Assembly: GCA_902546615.1 (NCBI GenBank)
Contig: CACCKE010000003.1
Coordinates: 17,837 to 81,836 of the forward strand
DNA length: 64,000 bases
Reading direction: 5' to 3'
DNA from: an uncultured Pelagibacteraceae bacterium
GTDB taxonomy: Bacteria; Pseudomonadota; Alphaproteobacteria; Pelagibacterales; AG-422-B15
Position 1 is the first letter of the stretch, and each line of letters begins with the position of its first letter. Below, in pieces: positions 33,657-43,693 of the stretch. The notes below the pieces were generated by a model. The model ran no database searches. It was not told the origin of the DNA and saw only the letters and a program-made list of their open reading frames with translations. The translations under genes were made by a program, and so were the position numbers.

Positions 33657-35312
33657 ATGACAATAAAAGTTCAGCACAGAGATCCAAACAAAATCATGAA
33701 ACTTAGTCGATTAGGTTGTTTCCATCAATCCAAGCTTTCATTTTTAAGAAGTTTTATAAGAGAGTTCAAGGGTTGGAAGTTTAAAAATGAGATCTTTGAC
33801 CTTGATAAAGAAGGGTACGGAACTGCCGTGTATTCTGTTTCAAATAAAGAACGCACATACTCTCTTGTATGCTTTGCAAACAAAATAGATGACACTGAAA
33901 GATCTGATCGAGTGATAGCTACTAAATGGGATGCAGCATTCGTTATTCATGATGGACTTCCTAGTAAAGATGATATTGAAAGGCTTCGTGAAAATGTCCC
34001 AAAACAAGAAGTAGGAAGATGTTCATTTAAGGAACTTGCTTTATCAAGAGCAAATCGATCCGTAAGGGTTTTTAACCATGTAATTGATAGCCTATCAAAT
34101 GGAATTCAACCTGATAAAAAACTACTTTCTGAAGTAGGTTACTTATATAGAACCACTGCGGTTTATGGATCAGGTAAATTTGGATTAGCAGATCGATATA
34201 GAATTAAAGATCGCCCTGAAATAAACGGTCCATTTAGAATTGAAATGATGCTTGTTTATTTGGTTCGTCAGTTTACGTTTGATCAAGTCAATCACATTGC
34301 TCATAAAAAGAATCCAAATCAATCTGTTAAACTAGATCTTGAACTATCCAGACAACTCGGTATTGGCAATTCAACTGGCCTTGGTATGGCTCCCTTTATT
34401 ATCAACCACCCAGCTCTACTACACCAATGGATATACGTTAGAGAGGAAGCTTTGAGGCAGATTAGAGAAATTAAAAATGTATCAAATGATGATTTTGAAA
34501 TGTTTAAAAAATTCTTAGAACTTTCAAAGAAAAATATAAATAATTGGAATACTAATAGTGAATTTCAAAATATTAAAATTGCTCAATTGAAAGAAGATAT
34601 TCAAAAATTTGAGGAAAATTGTCTCTGTAATATTAAGGTTAAGAAAGAATATTTTTGGGATGAGTTGTATAAATGGGTAGAAGAAAATTTAACTCATGAG
34701 GGCGTAGAATATATTGTTTCTCTCATGATGGAACCGTACGATAACATTATTGGTCTACTAGTGCCTCAAATGAGCTCTGATGAAGATAAATATTTTGATA
34801 TACCAGCAAATCGAACTACCGATGAATTAAAATCATCAATAGAAAAATCTTATCCAAATATAATTAAAATGGACTTCTCAATTGATCAAAGTAATGAAAA
34901 TTTTTGGTATATTTCAAAAAATAAGGAAGAACCAAGATTGGCAAGTCGCTTTGATGAGCCAGGAGCAGAATTAGAGCAACCTCTTGCAATTGCAAGAGAT
35001 ATTAAAGAACTTTATGCAAGATTATCATCTTATAAAAATGAAAAATTATCTAAATTTTTACATGAAAATAACGACCTAAGACATGTTGTTAGAAGGTGCC
35101 ACATTGTCGAAAAGTTGCCTTATGCAGAAATCCAGGACAATTCTATCGGTTCAGAGTTGATGCCTATTGATATGCTAAGACTAAAACTATCTTTTTTTGG
35201 AGCCCAAAAATTTGATCCTCGATCAAACAAGTGGTTGAGAATTTGCATGTACCAAGGAGCACCATTGATGCATGAAATAAAAAAATCAAATGACACGTGG
35301 ATTTACAATTAA
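33657..35312 (+). CDS. conserved-looking hypothetical protein (551 aa), function unknown
   Basis: Long ORF starting 3 nt after the dipeptidase stop. No TM helix, signal peptide or catalytic motif that I can assign. Confidence 0.6.
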   Translation: MTIKVQHRDPNKIMKLSRLGCFHQSKLSFLRSFIREFKGWKFKNEIFDLDKEGYGTAVYSVSNKERTYSLVCFANKIDDTERSDRVIATKWDAAFVIHDGLPSKDDIERLRENVPKQEVGRCSFKELALSRANRSVRVFNHVIDSLSNGIQPDKKLLSEVGYLYRTTAVYGSGKFGLADRYRIKDRPEINGPFRIEMMLVYLVRQFTFDQVNHIAHKKNPNQSVKLDLELSRQLGIGNSTGLGMAPFIINHPALLHQWIYVREEALRQIREIKNVSNDDFEMFKKFLELSKKNINNWNTNSEFQNIKIAQLKEDIQKFEENCLCNIKVKKEYFWDELYKWVEENLTHEGVEYIVSLMMEPYDNIIGLLVPQMSSDEDKYFDIPANRTTDELKSSIEKSYPNIIKMDFSIDQSNENFWYISKNKEEPRLASRFDEPGAELEQPLAIARDIKELYARLSSYKNEKLSKFLHENNDLRHVVRRCHIVEKLPYAEIQDNSIGSELMPIDMLRLKLSFFGAQKFDPRSNKWLRICMYQGAPLMHEIKKSNDTWIYN

Positions 35313-35926
35313 TGCAATCATCAAGTGAAATTAATACTGTATCAAAGAGAGCTGCAAGAGCAGCTGGTTATTCGTGGGGAGTCGCAGAAGAAGTTGGAAA
35401 ATGTATTAGTTCAATTGAGATGTTCGGAATTCCTGGAGTGGAAAATCTGAATAATTATTTTAAAAACATTAAAGATATTGAACCAGAGGGTCCAAAACAA
35501 ATAGAAAAAAATAATAAACTGAATGATAAAAGTCTCTGCCCTATTTATACAGGACTAAAATTGATTGATGATTATAAATCTGTAGATAAAATAAAAAAAT
35601 TAAAATTCATAAAACTAGATTACCCTTTGTTGCTCTTACCTTTCATTAATAAACTTTCATATTTAATTGGTAAGAGAATTCAAGTTTCTATTGATAATTT
35701 TAATACTGAATGCAATTTAAACACATGTATCCTTGCTGATCATAAAATTAAATCCTTAATAATTAAAAAAGCTAATACAGTGACAATAACTATTTTAGAA
35801 AATGAAGATAATTTCTCTAGCAAAACTTGGAATGAGTTATACGAAATATCAACTAAGACATTTGTTGAAGAAACAGAGCAATCAAAACAAACTGGAGCTG
35901 GTGCAGGGCTTCAGGATAACGATTAA
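35297..35926 (+). CDS. DUF3726-like protein
   Basis: SKRAARAAGYSWGVAEEVGKCISSIEMFGIPG resembles the DUF3726 N-terminal block. An alternative ATG at 35312 forms a TAATG junction with the upstream stop. Confidence 0.55.
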   Translation: MDLQLMQSSSEINTVSKRAARAAGYSWGVAEEVGKCISSIEMFGIPGVENLNNYFKNIKDIEPEGPKQIEKNNKLNDKSLCPIYTGLKLIDDYKSVDKIKKLKFIKLDYPLLLLPFINKLSYLIGKRIQVSIDNFNTECNLNTCILADHKIKSLIIKKANTVTITILENEDNFSSKTWNELYEISTKTFVEETEQSKQTGAGAGLQDND

Positions 35927-35929
35927 TAT

Positions 35930-37363
35930 TTAAAGTTGTATTCCAACGTTCTTTAGTTGAAGGTAGCTTTTGATAGCTTGTTGACCTTTCTCACGGCTAT
36001 AACCTGATTGCTTATAACCTCCAAATGGAGTTGCTATACTTCCTGTGAACCAACTATTTACGTAAACTTGACCACCATTCAAACGTGAAGCTGTTTTAGT
36101 GGCCATATCAACATCTTTAGTAAATACTCCAGCTGCTAAGCCATAATCTGTATCATTTGCAATATGTATCGCCTCCTCGTGATCTTCATAATCTAAAACA
36201 GATAAAAATGGTCCAAAGATTTCTTCCTGTGCAATTGTCATATCAGGCTTAACATCTGAATAAATTGTAGGTTCAAAGAAGAAACCTTTTCTATCTACTC
36301 TGTTTCCACCTGAAACTGCTTTTGCACCCGCTTGTAAACCAGAACGTGCATAATTTTCAACTTTTTGTAACTGTTCTTCAGATATGACAGGCGTTAGATC
36401 GACACCTTCCTCATCGCCAGGGCCAACTTTTATTGAAGCTGCTAATTTTGATAATTTTTCAAGCACTTCATCTTTTATAGATTTATGGATTATCATTCTA
36501 GACATCGCGGAACAAATTTGTCCAGCCTGGCTGAAAATTCCAACTTTGGTTGCGTTAACAACTTTATCTATATCTGCATCTGGCAAAACAACGGCAGCGG
36601 ATTTTCCACCTAACTCAACAACAGCAGGTACAGCTCTTTCAGCAGCTGCGTGTAGAATTGCTTTTCCAGTTTTTACAGACCCAGTAAAAGTTATTTGTGC
36701 AACATCTGGGTGGGCAGTAAGTGCGGCTCCAGCTTCACTTCCATAACCGGTTACTATATTGATCAATCCTTTTGGGACTTCAGCATTATGAATTGCTTGG
36801 GCGAAAAAAGATGTTGTTGCTAAGGGTGTTAATTCTGCAGGTTTTATGACTGTAGAATTTCCTGCTGCAAACGAACATGCCAAAGAACGAGCAATCATTG
36901 CAATGGGAAAGTTCCAGGGAACAATATGTCCTGACACACCGTAAGGTTCATAAACTGTATAATCCATGACCTGACTGTTTACAGGAATAGTTTGACCTTC
37001 GATTTTATCTGTTAAGCCACTGTAGTAATCAAAGTAGTTTGCTGCATCAACAAATTCATATTCAGAAGCGGCAAGTAGTTTCCCATTTTCGGCACAAAGT
37101 AATGCCCCACCTTCTTTACTGACCTTGCGAAGCTCTTCAGCAATGCGTCGCATAAGTTTTGCGCGTTCCATCGGATTCATATCTACAAGAATTCGAGACT
37201 CGTATGCTTTTTTAGCAGACTCTACCGCTTGATTAATATCTTCATCTTTTGCGCAAGTTACTTCACCAACGACCTCTTCGTTCGCAGGATTAATAACCGG
37301 AATAAGGTCTTTGCTTGAGGCATCGGTCCATTCACCGTTAATATAGTGCTGGTATTTTTTCAT
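35930..37363 (-). CDS. NAD(P)-dependent aldehyde dehydrogenase
   Basis: 477 aa with ELGGKS, catalytic Cys in GQICSA, and FTGS. Confidence 0.9.
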   Translation of the reverse strand: MKKYQHYINGEWTDASSKDLIPVINPANEEVVGEVTCAKDEDINQAVESAKKAYESRILVDMNPMERAKLMRRIAEELRKVSKEGGALLCAENGKLLAASEYEFVDAANYFDYYSGLTDKIEGQTIPVNSQVMDYTVYEPYGVSGHIVPWNFPIAMIARSLACSFAAGNSTVIKPAELTPLATTSFFAQAIHNAEVPKGLINIVTGYGSEAGAALTAHPDVAQITFTGSVKTGKAILHAAAERAVPAVVELGGKSAAVVLPDADIDKVVNATKVGIFSQAGQICSAMSRMIIHKSIKDEVLEKLSKLAASIKVGPGDEEGVDLTPVISEEQLQKVENYARSGLQAGAKAVSGGNRVDRKGFFFEPTIYSDVKPDMTIAQEEIFGPFLSVLDYEDHEEAIHIANDTDYGLAAGVFTKDVDMATKTASRLNGGQVYVNSWFTGSIATPFGGYKQSGYSREKGQQAIKSYLQLKNVGIQL

Positions 37364-37473
37364 AAGTTAGAGTCTTTCTTGTTAAATACTGATCTATTTT
37401 TGTAATAAGGTCAGCTTTAATTTAGTTCAAAAATTCCTAGATTCCCAACTATTTTTACCTTAGTCTTACCGAC

Positions 37474-38562
37474 ATGAATTCAAAAAAGTCTGATTTTGTT
37501 AAATTTGAACAAGTTGATAAAAGTTATGATGGAAAAGAGCTTGTAGTTAAAGGACTCGACTTAGATATTGCAGAAGGGGAATTTCTTACCTTACTTGGGC
37601 CATCTGGATCTGGCAAAACAACAACTCTCATGATGCTTGCTGGTTTTGAAACTCCAACGAATGGAGAGATATATTTTGATGGACGTCCGATAAACAATAT
37701 CCCACCTCACAAACGTGGTATCGGCATGGTATTTCAAAATTATGCTTTGTTTCCTCATTTATCAGTTTATGAAAATTTAGCTTTTCCTCTTAAAGTAAGA
37801 AAAGTGGATAAATCAGAAATTGAAGAGAGAATTAATAAAACTTTGAAAATGGTTTCATTAACAGGTTTTGAAAACAGGATGCCCGCTCAACTATCTGGTG
37901 GTCAGCAACAGAGAGTTGCTGTTGCTCGCGCGCTTGTGTTTGATCCTAAACTTGTATTAATGGATGAACCTCTTGGAGCTCTTGATAAAAATTTACGAGA
38001 GAGTATGCAATATGAATTAAAGCACATTCACGAGTCATTAGGAGTGACTGTTGTTTATGTTACACATGATCAGGGTGAAGCTCTGACCATGTCAAACCGA
38101 ATTGCTGTGTTTAACGACGGGAAGGTTCAACAGCTTTCTGGACCAAATGAATTATATGAAACGCCAGTGAATTCGTTTGTTGCAAGCTTTATAGGAGAAA
38201 ATAATACTTTTACTGGAACTGTTAAAGAAATCGCCTCTGGTTCAGCAAAGATTGAAACTGATTCAGGTGAAACTATTGTTGCTAATCCTATTGCCGTGAG
38301 TTCTTCAGGAGAAAAATCAAGAATTTCTCTGAGACCCGAGCGAGTGAGTATTGACCCAAATGAACAACTTGAAAATAAATTCACAAGTGAGATCCGCGAA
38401 ATTATCTATCATGGTGACCATACAAGAGTACGTGTAAATCTTCTTGGTAATGATGACTTTATTTTAAAAGTTCCTAACGCGAGCAGCGATTTAAAGCTTA
38501 ACGTCGGCGATAAATTGGAACTTGGCTGGTCATCTCATGATTGCAGGGCTCTAGATTACTAA
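37474..38562 (+). CDS. ABC importer ATP-binding protein, PotA/spermidine-putrescine type
   Basis: GPSGSGKTT, LSGGQQQRVAVARAL and LMDEP, plus a C-terminal TOBE-like regulatory domain. Confidence 0.9.
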   Translation: MNSKKSDFVKFEQVDKSYDGKELVVKGLDLDIAEGEFLTLLGPSGSGKTTTLMMLAGFETPTNGEIYFDGRPINNIPPHKRGIGMVFQNYALFPHLSVYENLAFPLKVRKVDKSEIEERINKTLKMVSLTGFENRMPAQLSGGQQQRVAVARALVFDPKLVLMDEPLGALDKNLRESMQYELKHIHESLGVTVVYVTHDQGEALTMSNRIAVFNDGKVQQLSGPNELYETPVNSFVASFIGENNTFTGTVKEIASGSAKIETDSGETIVANPIAVSSSGEKSRISLRPERVSIDPNEQLENKFTSEIREIIYHGDHTRVRVNLLGNDDFILKVPNASSDLKLNVGDKLELGWSSHDCRALDY

Positions 38563-38583
38563 TCCTTTGATACTACATGTAGA

Positions 38584-38620
38584 TTCAACATTAATTTGTT
38601 GAAAAATAATCTTTTTTTTT
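38584..38620 (+). terminator. hairpin + T-run between ATPase and binding-protein genes (attenuator/terminator)
   Basis: TTCAACA-ttaatt-TGTTGAA, followed by aaataatc and a T10 run. Confidence 0.45.
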
Positions 38621-38683
38621 GTTGCGTTTTTGCTCAAGGCCTTGTGTAATATTTCTTTATATAAAAAAAGGAGACGATTAATC

Positions 38684-39805
38684 ATGTCTAGATTAACTAA
38701 ACTAATCTCTTTGGCTGCTTTATTGGTGGCTCCATCTATGGCTACAGCCGCGGAAGTAAACGTGGTGTCATGGGGAGGCGCTTATACAGAAAGTCAAAAG
38801 CTAGGTTACGGGGACCCATATCAGGAAATGAGTGGCGTTCAAGTAAACTGGATCGACTACAGTGGAGGTTTGAGTGAAATTAAAGCTCAGGTCGAGTCTG
38901 GAGCGATTACTTGGGACATTATCGATGTGTATGCACGTGATACAATTATCGGTTGTGACGAAGGATTGTTTGTAGAATTCGATTTTGATAACGACTTCCC
39001 TGCTGGTGTTAACGGTATGAAAGCAAGTGAGGATTTCTTTGCTCCAATGCCTAGTGATTGTGCTGTGGGTAACATTCTTTATTCATGGAACTACGCTTAC
39101 AACACTGACAATGTAAATTTTGATGGAAGTTATCCAGATTCAATGGAGGACTTCTTTAACCCAGATAAATATCCAGGAGTAAGATCTATCTACTCTTCAG
39201 CTATGTCAAACTTAGAGTTTGCTCTAGTTGCTGATGGTGTTCCTGCATCTGATGTGTATGACTACATGGAAGATAATGGAATTGATAGAGCCCTTGATAA
39301 GCTTACAGATCTTTGCACAAACCCTAAGGGTGGATGCATTTTCTGGTCAGCTGGTGCACAACCACCTGAGCAGTTAGTATCTGGTGAAGCTATCATGGCT
39401 ACTGGATGGAATGGACGTCACTTCAATGCCATCGTGAACGAAGGTTCACCAATGAAAATGGTATGGGATGGTCAGATTCTTGACTATGAGTACTTCGTAC
39501 TTGTTAAAGGTGGACCAAACCAAGAAGAAGCTATGAAAGCTCTTCAGTACTTCACTAGTTCTGAAGGTTTAGCTGGAAGTGCTAAGCATATTGCTTACGC
39601 TCCTTTCCGTATCTCATCTCTTGATGTGATCATGGCTGATGAGCCGTGGTTCTATTCTGAGCAAGCAGGTGCTGTTGAGATTATGCCTCACATGCCTACT
39701 GCTCCAGCAAATACTGAGAACTACGTTCTTATGAACCCTGAGTGGTACGCTGATAACAACACTGAAATCAACGACGCTTGGGAAGCTTGGAAAGCTAACC
39801 TATAA
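38684..39805 (+). CDS. periplasmic substrate-binding protein (PotD/PotF-like, polyamine-type)
   Basis: The ATG at 38684 is preceded by AAAGGAG; the track start 38630 is a TTG extension. Signal peptide LISLAALLVAPSMATAA. Codon usage is visibly optimised. Confidence 0.85.
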   Translation: MSRLTKLISLAALLVAPSMATAAEVNVVSWGGAYTESQKLGYGDPYQEMSGVQVNWIDYSGGLSEIKAQVESGAITWDIIDVYARDTIIGCDEGLFVEFDFDNDFPAGVNGMKASEDFFAPMPSDCAVGNILYSWNYAYNTDNVNFDGSYPDSMEDFFNPDKYPGVRSIYSSAMSNLEFALVADGVPASDVYDYMEDNGIDRALDKLTDLCTNPKGGCIFWSAGAQPPEQLVSGEAIMATGWNGRHFNAIVNEGSPMKMVWDGQILDYEYFVLVKGGPNQEEAMKALQYFTSSEGLAGSAKHIAYAPFRISSLDVIMADEPWFYSEQAGAVEIMPHMPTAPANTENYVLMNPEWYADNNTEINDAWEAWKANL

Positions 39806-39813
39806 GGTTTAAA

Positions 39814-39839
39814 CTTGGGCAACCTATGGGTTGCCCAAG
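39814..39839 (+). terminator. GC-rich hairpin after binding-protein gene (mRNA stabiliser / partial terminator)
   Basis: CTTGGGCAACC-tatg-GGTTGCCCAAG, a perfect 11-bp stem. Confidence 0.6.
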
Positions 39840-39866
39840 TACCTCAAATTAAGTATCCTTTTAAAT

Positions 39867-41114
39867 ATGACTGCCGAAATAAGAACCTCGGATGGAGAAC
39901 TTCTATCCGTCAAACTCAAAAAAGTTGAGAGAAGACGCAGAACTACTGCTTTTTTACTGGCTGCGCCGCTTCTGTTCTTCATTGTTTTTGCATACGTAAT
40001 TCCTATTTTTCAGATGTTGGGGCGAAGTATTGATAATGCTGAAATGAACTCGTTTCTTACAGAAACACACGAGGTTATGCAGACATGGGATGGCAGTGAA
40101 ATGCCTGGCGAGGATGTAACCTCAACATTTTATTATGAATTGAAGACTGCTGTAGAAAATAAATACCACGGAAAGATTGCAACTCGTTTAAACTATGAAA
40201 AAGGCGGCTTTACAAGTCTGATTAAAAAGACTTCACGTAAACTTAAAAACTTTGATGAAAATGCTAACTTCCTAGATCAATTCATTGATGTACATAAAAA
40301 ATGGGGTGACATTGAATATTGGCAAGCACTAAAGAGAGGAACTGACGCTTATCATTTTCGAAAATATTTAACGACATTTGATTATGAACAAAAGTTTGAT
40401 GGCTCAATTGAAAGGATTCCTGAAAAGCTTAGAATTAATGTAACCTTGTGGCTGCGAACAATATTTGTTGCCGTTGGAGTAACTTTCTGCTGCTTTATTT
40501 TAGCTTATCCGATTTCACACTTACTTTCAGTCTTACCGACTCGTTATTCAAATCTATTGATGATATGCGTACTTTTGCCCTTCTGGACATCACTGCTTGT
40601 TAGAACATCCAGTTGGATGGTTCTATTACAAAAACAAGGAGTATTAAATGATACCTTAGTGTCGCTTGGATTTGTTGCAGATGAGTCGAGACTTGAGCTC
40701 ATGTATAATATGACAGGCACATTCATTGCAATGACACAAATCCTATTGCCATTCATGGTTTTGCCTCTTTATAGTGTAATGAAAACAATTTCACCAAGTT
40801 TAATGCGCGCTGCAACGTCAATGGGTGCAACACCTTTTCACGCTTTTAGAAAAATATATTTTCCTCTGACATACGCAGGAATTAGTGCAGGATCAATTTT
40901 AGTATTTGTTTTAGCGATTGGTTATTACATAACACCTGCATTGGTTGGTGGAGCAAAAGGAATTCTAATTAGTAATAGAATAGCATATCACATGCAGCAA
41001 TCACTAGACTGGTCTCTTGCAACGGCGATGGCGACAGTTCTTTTAATAGCAGTGCTAGTGGTATACTGGCTGTACAATAAGATTGTTGGCATAGATAACA
41101 TGAGGCTTGGATAA
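39867..41114 (+). CDS. ABC importer permease (PotB-like) with enlarged periplasmic loop
   Basis: The track start 39831 is a TTG inside the hairpin, so ATG 39867 is preferred. The binding-protein-dependent permease core includes the EAA-like region (SLMRAATSMGATPFHAFRKIYFPL). Confidence 0.8.
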   Translation: MTAEIRTSDGELLSVKLKKVERRRRTTAFLLAAPLLFFIVFAYVIPIFQMLGRSIDNAEMNSFLTETHEVMQTWDGSEMPGEDVTSTFYYELKTAVENKYHGKIATRLNYEKGGFTSLIKKTSRKLKNFDENANFLDQFIDVHKKWGDIEYWQALKRGTDAYHFRKYLTTFDYEQKFDGSIERIPEKLRINVTLWLRTIFVAVGVTFCCFILAYPISHLLSVLPTRYSNLLMICVLLPFWTSLLVRTSSWMVLLQKQGVLNDTLVSLGFVADESRLELMYNMTGTFIAMTQILLPFMVLPLYSVMKTISPSLMRAATSMGATPFHAFRKIYFPLTYAGISAGSILVFVLAIGYYITPALVGGAKGILISNRIAYHMQQSLDWSLATAMATVLLIAVLVVYWLYNKIVGIDNMRLG

Positions 41115-41115
41115 T

Positions 41116-41979
41116 ATGGCATTACCAAAATATACAGAAATGAGATACAGAGTTTGGCACTATTCTTATTTAGTAATTTGTACTGCAGTTTTCGTATTTT
41201 TGATTGCGCCTCTTTTTGTGATCATACCGCTATCATTCAATGCTGAGCAGTATATACACTTCTCTGACGGCATGCTTGCATTACAGCCTGAGGCATTTTC
41301 ACTTAGGTGGTATGAAGACATGATTTATGGAACTAAAAATCCATGGGGAATCGCAGCTCGAAACAGTGTTTACTATGCATTTTTCTCAACAATAGGTGCA
41401 ACTGTACTTGGAACTGTTGCAGCATTGGGTCTAAGTAGTCGTTACATGCCTTACAAACAATTAATCATGAGTGTATTAATTTCGCCGATGATTATTCCAC
41501 TAATTATTTCTGGCTCAGCTATCTTTTTTTCACTTGCAAAATTAGGATTAGCTGCAACTTTTCCTGGCATTGTCATTGCGCATATTATCTTAGGTACACC
41601 GTTTGTTGTTATAACAGTTACCGCAACCTTAAGCGGATTTGATGATAGTATTACGCGTGCAGCTTCAAGTCTTGGAAGTACACCAACTAATACTTTTTTT
41701 AAAATTACATTACCTCTAATAACACCTGGTATAATCTCTGGTGCTTTATTTGCTTTTGTAACTTCTTTTGATGAAATCGTTGTAATTCTTTTCGTGGCTG
41801 GAGGAGATAGAAATCTTACAACTATCCCACTTCAAATGTGGACTGGTTTGAGAGAGCAGCTCAGCCCGACGATCATGGCTGTTGCTACATGCTTAATTGT
41901 GCTTTCAACATTAATCCTGATTGTGACTGAGTTGTTAAGGAGAAGATCTGAGAGGATAAGAGGGATTTCAGCTCAATAA
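41116..41979 (+). CDS. ABC importer permease (PotC-like)
   Basis: ATG lies 1 nt after the upstream stop (the track start 41107 is TTG). EAA-like loop SITRAASSLGSTPTNTFFKITLPL. Confidence 0.85.
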   Translation: MALPKYTEMRYRVWHYSYLVICTAVFVFLIAPLFVIIPLSFNAEQYIHFSDGMLALQPEAFSLRWYEDMIYGTKNPWGIAARNSVYYAFFSTIGATVLGTVAALGLSSRYMPYKQLIMSVLISPMIIPLIISGSAIFFSLAKLGLAATFPGIVIAHIILGTPFVVITVTATLSGFDDSITRAASSLGSTPTNTFFKITLPLITPGIISGALFAFVTSFDEIVVILFVAGGDRNLTTIPLQMWTGLREQLSPTIMAVATCLIVLSTLILIVTELLRRRSERIRGISAQ

Positions 41980-42004
41980 AAGTTAAGACAATTCGTTAAA
42001 TATA

Positions 42005-42643
42005 CTATAACTCAAGTCCATCTTTTTTTAATGCTCTTAAAAGATCATTAAATCGGTCTTGCCCAAAGTAAAACTTGTCTTTATAGACTGTTAATGGAAC
42101 TCCATGATGACCTGCTTCTAATTGTTCCTTTTGGTTTAATTTTATTTCACCAATCAAGCTTTGCTCAGCCTCAGTTCGTTTTTTTTCAATATCATTATGA
42201 TTTAAGCCTAATTTTGATGATGACTCAGAAATTGAGTCGTCAGAATTCCAATTTTTCATACCACTCCAAATTTTGCTTGAAACTTCAACGGCAAAATCAA
42301 GTTGTCTATCTTTTTCTATTGCCTGGCAGTAATGACATAACTTAAATATACGTGGCTGGTCATCAGAAATTTTACCGGTTAGCATATTTTGTTTTATTGG
42401 ATCTGGATTTGGTTTTTTAAATACCATACCAAGTTTTTTTGCCTGTAAAAAATAATCAAATCGTTTTAGAAGAAAATATGTAAATAAGTTCTTACCTTTA
42501 AAGAATTCTGGCTCTCTTATTGCTAACGGGTAGACTTGTTTAAAATTTATATCTACACCGTACTTATCTCTTAACAAAACGATACGCGGTAATATTAAAT
42601 AAGAGTATGGACTTCTAAAGGAGAAATATAAATCTACTTTCAT
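42005..42643 (-). CDS. DsbA-family 2-hydroxychromene-2-carboxylate isomerase-like protein
   Basis: The N-terminus VDLYFSFRSPYSYL is typical of the HCCA isomerase/DsbA-like family. ATGA-type overlap with the upstream GST-like gene. Confidence 0.65.
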   Translation of the reverse strand: MKVDLYFSFRSPYSYLILPRIVLLRDKYGVDINFKQVYPLAIREPEFFKGKNLFTYFLLKRFDYFLQAKKLGMVFKKPNPDPIKQNMLTGKISDDQPRIFKLCHYCQAIEKDRQLDFAVEVSSKIWSGMKNWNSDDSISESSSKLGLNHNDIEKKRTEAEQSLIGEIKLNQKEQLEAGHHGVPLTVYKDKFYFGQDRFNDLLRALKKDGLEL

Positions 42644-43683
42644 GTCTCAAATATTAACCTTTCACATCCAGTGTCTTCAAGAAGATCATTTACTTTTTTC
42701 TGATCATTATCTTCAAGCATTTTATATTCTTCGTTAAGCCACTTTAAACACTTTGCCTGGTAAGGAAATGATTTTTGTTTCCAAAGACATCCATCAATCT
42801 CTGTTTGCCATTCTTTATCGCCATTTTCTAATGCTTTAGTGTTTGCTAGCTGTGCAGGCACATAACCCTTACCGATTTCTGCAAGTAATTCCTTTACCGT
42901 TGACGGTAAAGTATCAATTGATCCCCATTGTTCATCATCTACCTCAATACCAGATTGATCTTCAATTAAACCAACCCATGCGACTGTCCTAAGAGATACT
43001 TCATGACAAATTTCTCTTGGCGTGGGATCAAAGTTTACAAGTTGAGACAGTTGACCATACATTGCAAAATCGCTTGATGAGGGTCTATTGCTTATCAAAT
43101 AAGGTGTTGATGTGAAATGTTTCTCGAGTATACCCAATAAACGTCTGAAACTTGCATCTATGATAGGAGCTGTATCATTGTTGGAACCCACTACCCATAA
43201 CCTATCTATCTGCCTTTTGCTTATCATTCCCTTTAAATTATCTAGCATTTCATTTGGCATCATTCCTACGGTTTGAAGAGGTAAAATTGTTCCTGCATTT
43301 TTAGCATCTTTTTGATCATGCCATCTATAATGAAACATATATTTCGTCCCCCACTCATCAGCGAAATCTTCAATTAAATAATTTATAAACGCAAGTGCAG
43401 GATCAGATGGAATAGTACTACGCTCACTAACCTCTTTATCAATCCTTCTTATTAACGGAGTCGAATCTGTTACAGCTTTTAAATTTCCATTTTCATCAGG
43501 TAGGATAAATGTTGGCAGTAATCCAGGCTTGGGCTTTTCAATACCCTCTTGATCAAGATATTTTGAAGGGTCTCCCCAAATCATTTTATGAGGAATACGT
43601 TTATACCTAAGATATGAAAGCATCTTACGTGTATAGGGTGAGCCCACACCGCCAAGAACAACTAATGGATTTGGTAAACTCAT
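42640..43683 (-). CDS. glutathione S-transferase-like protein (long form)
   Basis: 347 aa with a thioredoxin-fold N-terminus (LGGVGSPYTRKMLSYLRYKRIPHKMIW) and a helical C-domain. Confidence 0.55.
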   Translation of the reverse strand: MSLPNPLVVLGGVGSPYTRKMLSYLRYKRIPHKMIWGDPSKYLDQEGIEKPKPGLLPTFILPDENGNLKAVTDSTPLIRRIDKEVSERSTIPSDPALAFINYLIEDFADEWGTKYMFHYRWHDQKDAKNAGTILPLQTVGMMPNEMLDNLKGMISKRQIDRLWVVGSNNDTAPIIDASFRRLLGILEKHFTSTPYLISNRPSSSDFAMYGQLSQLVNFDPTPREICHEVSLRTVAWVGLIEDQSGIEVDDEQWGSIDTLPSTVKELLAEIGKGYVPAQLANTKALENGDKEWQTEIDGCLWKQKSFPYQAKCLKWLNEEYKMLEDNDQKKVNDLLEDTGCERLIFET

Positions 43684-43693
43684 CTTTATTCTC

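Noticed and set aside
38630-38683. TTG-extended starts of track ORFs (38630, 39831, 25294, 41107)
   Set aside because: The extensions lack signal-peptide logic or run through hairpins and upstream stops. Downstream ATGs (38684, 39867, 25339, 41116) give canonical N-termini and, for 38684, a strong RBS.
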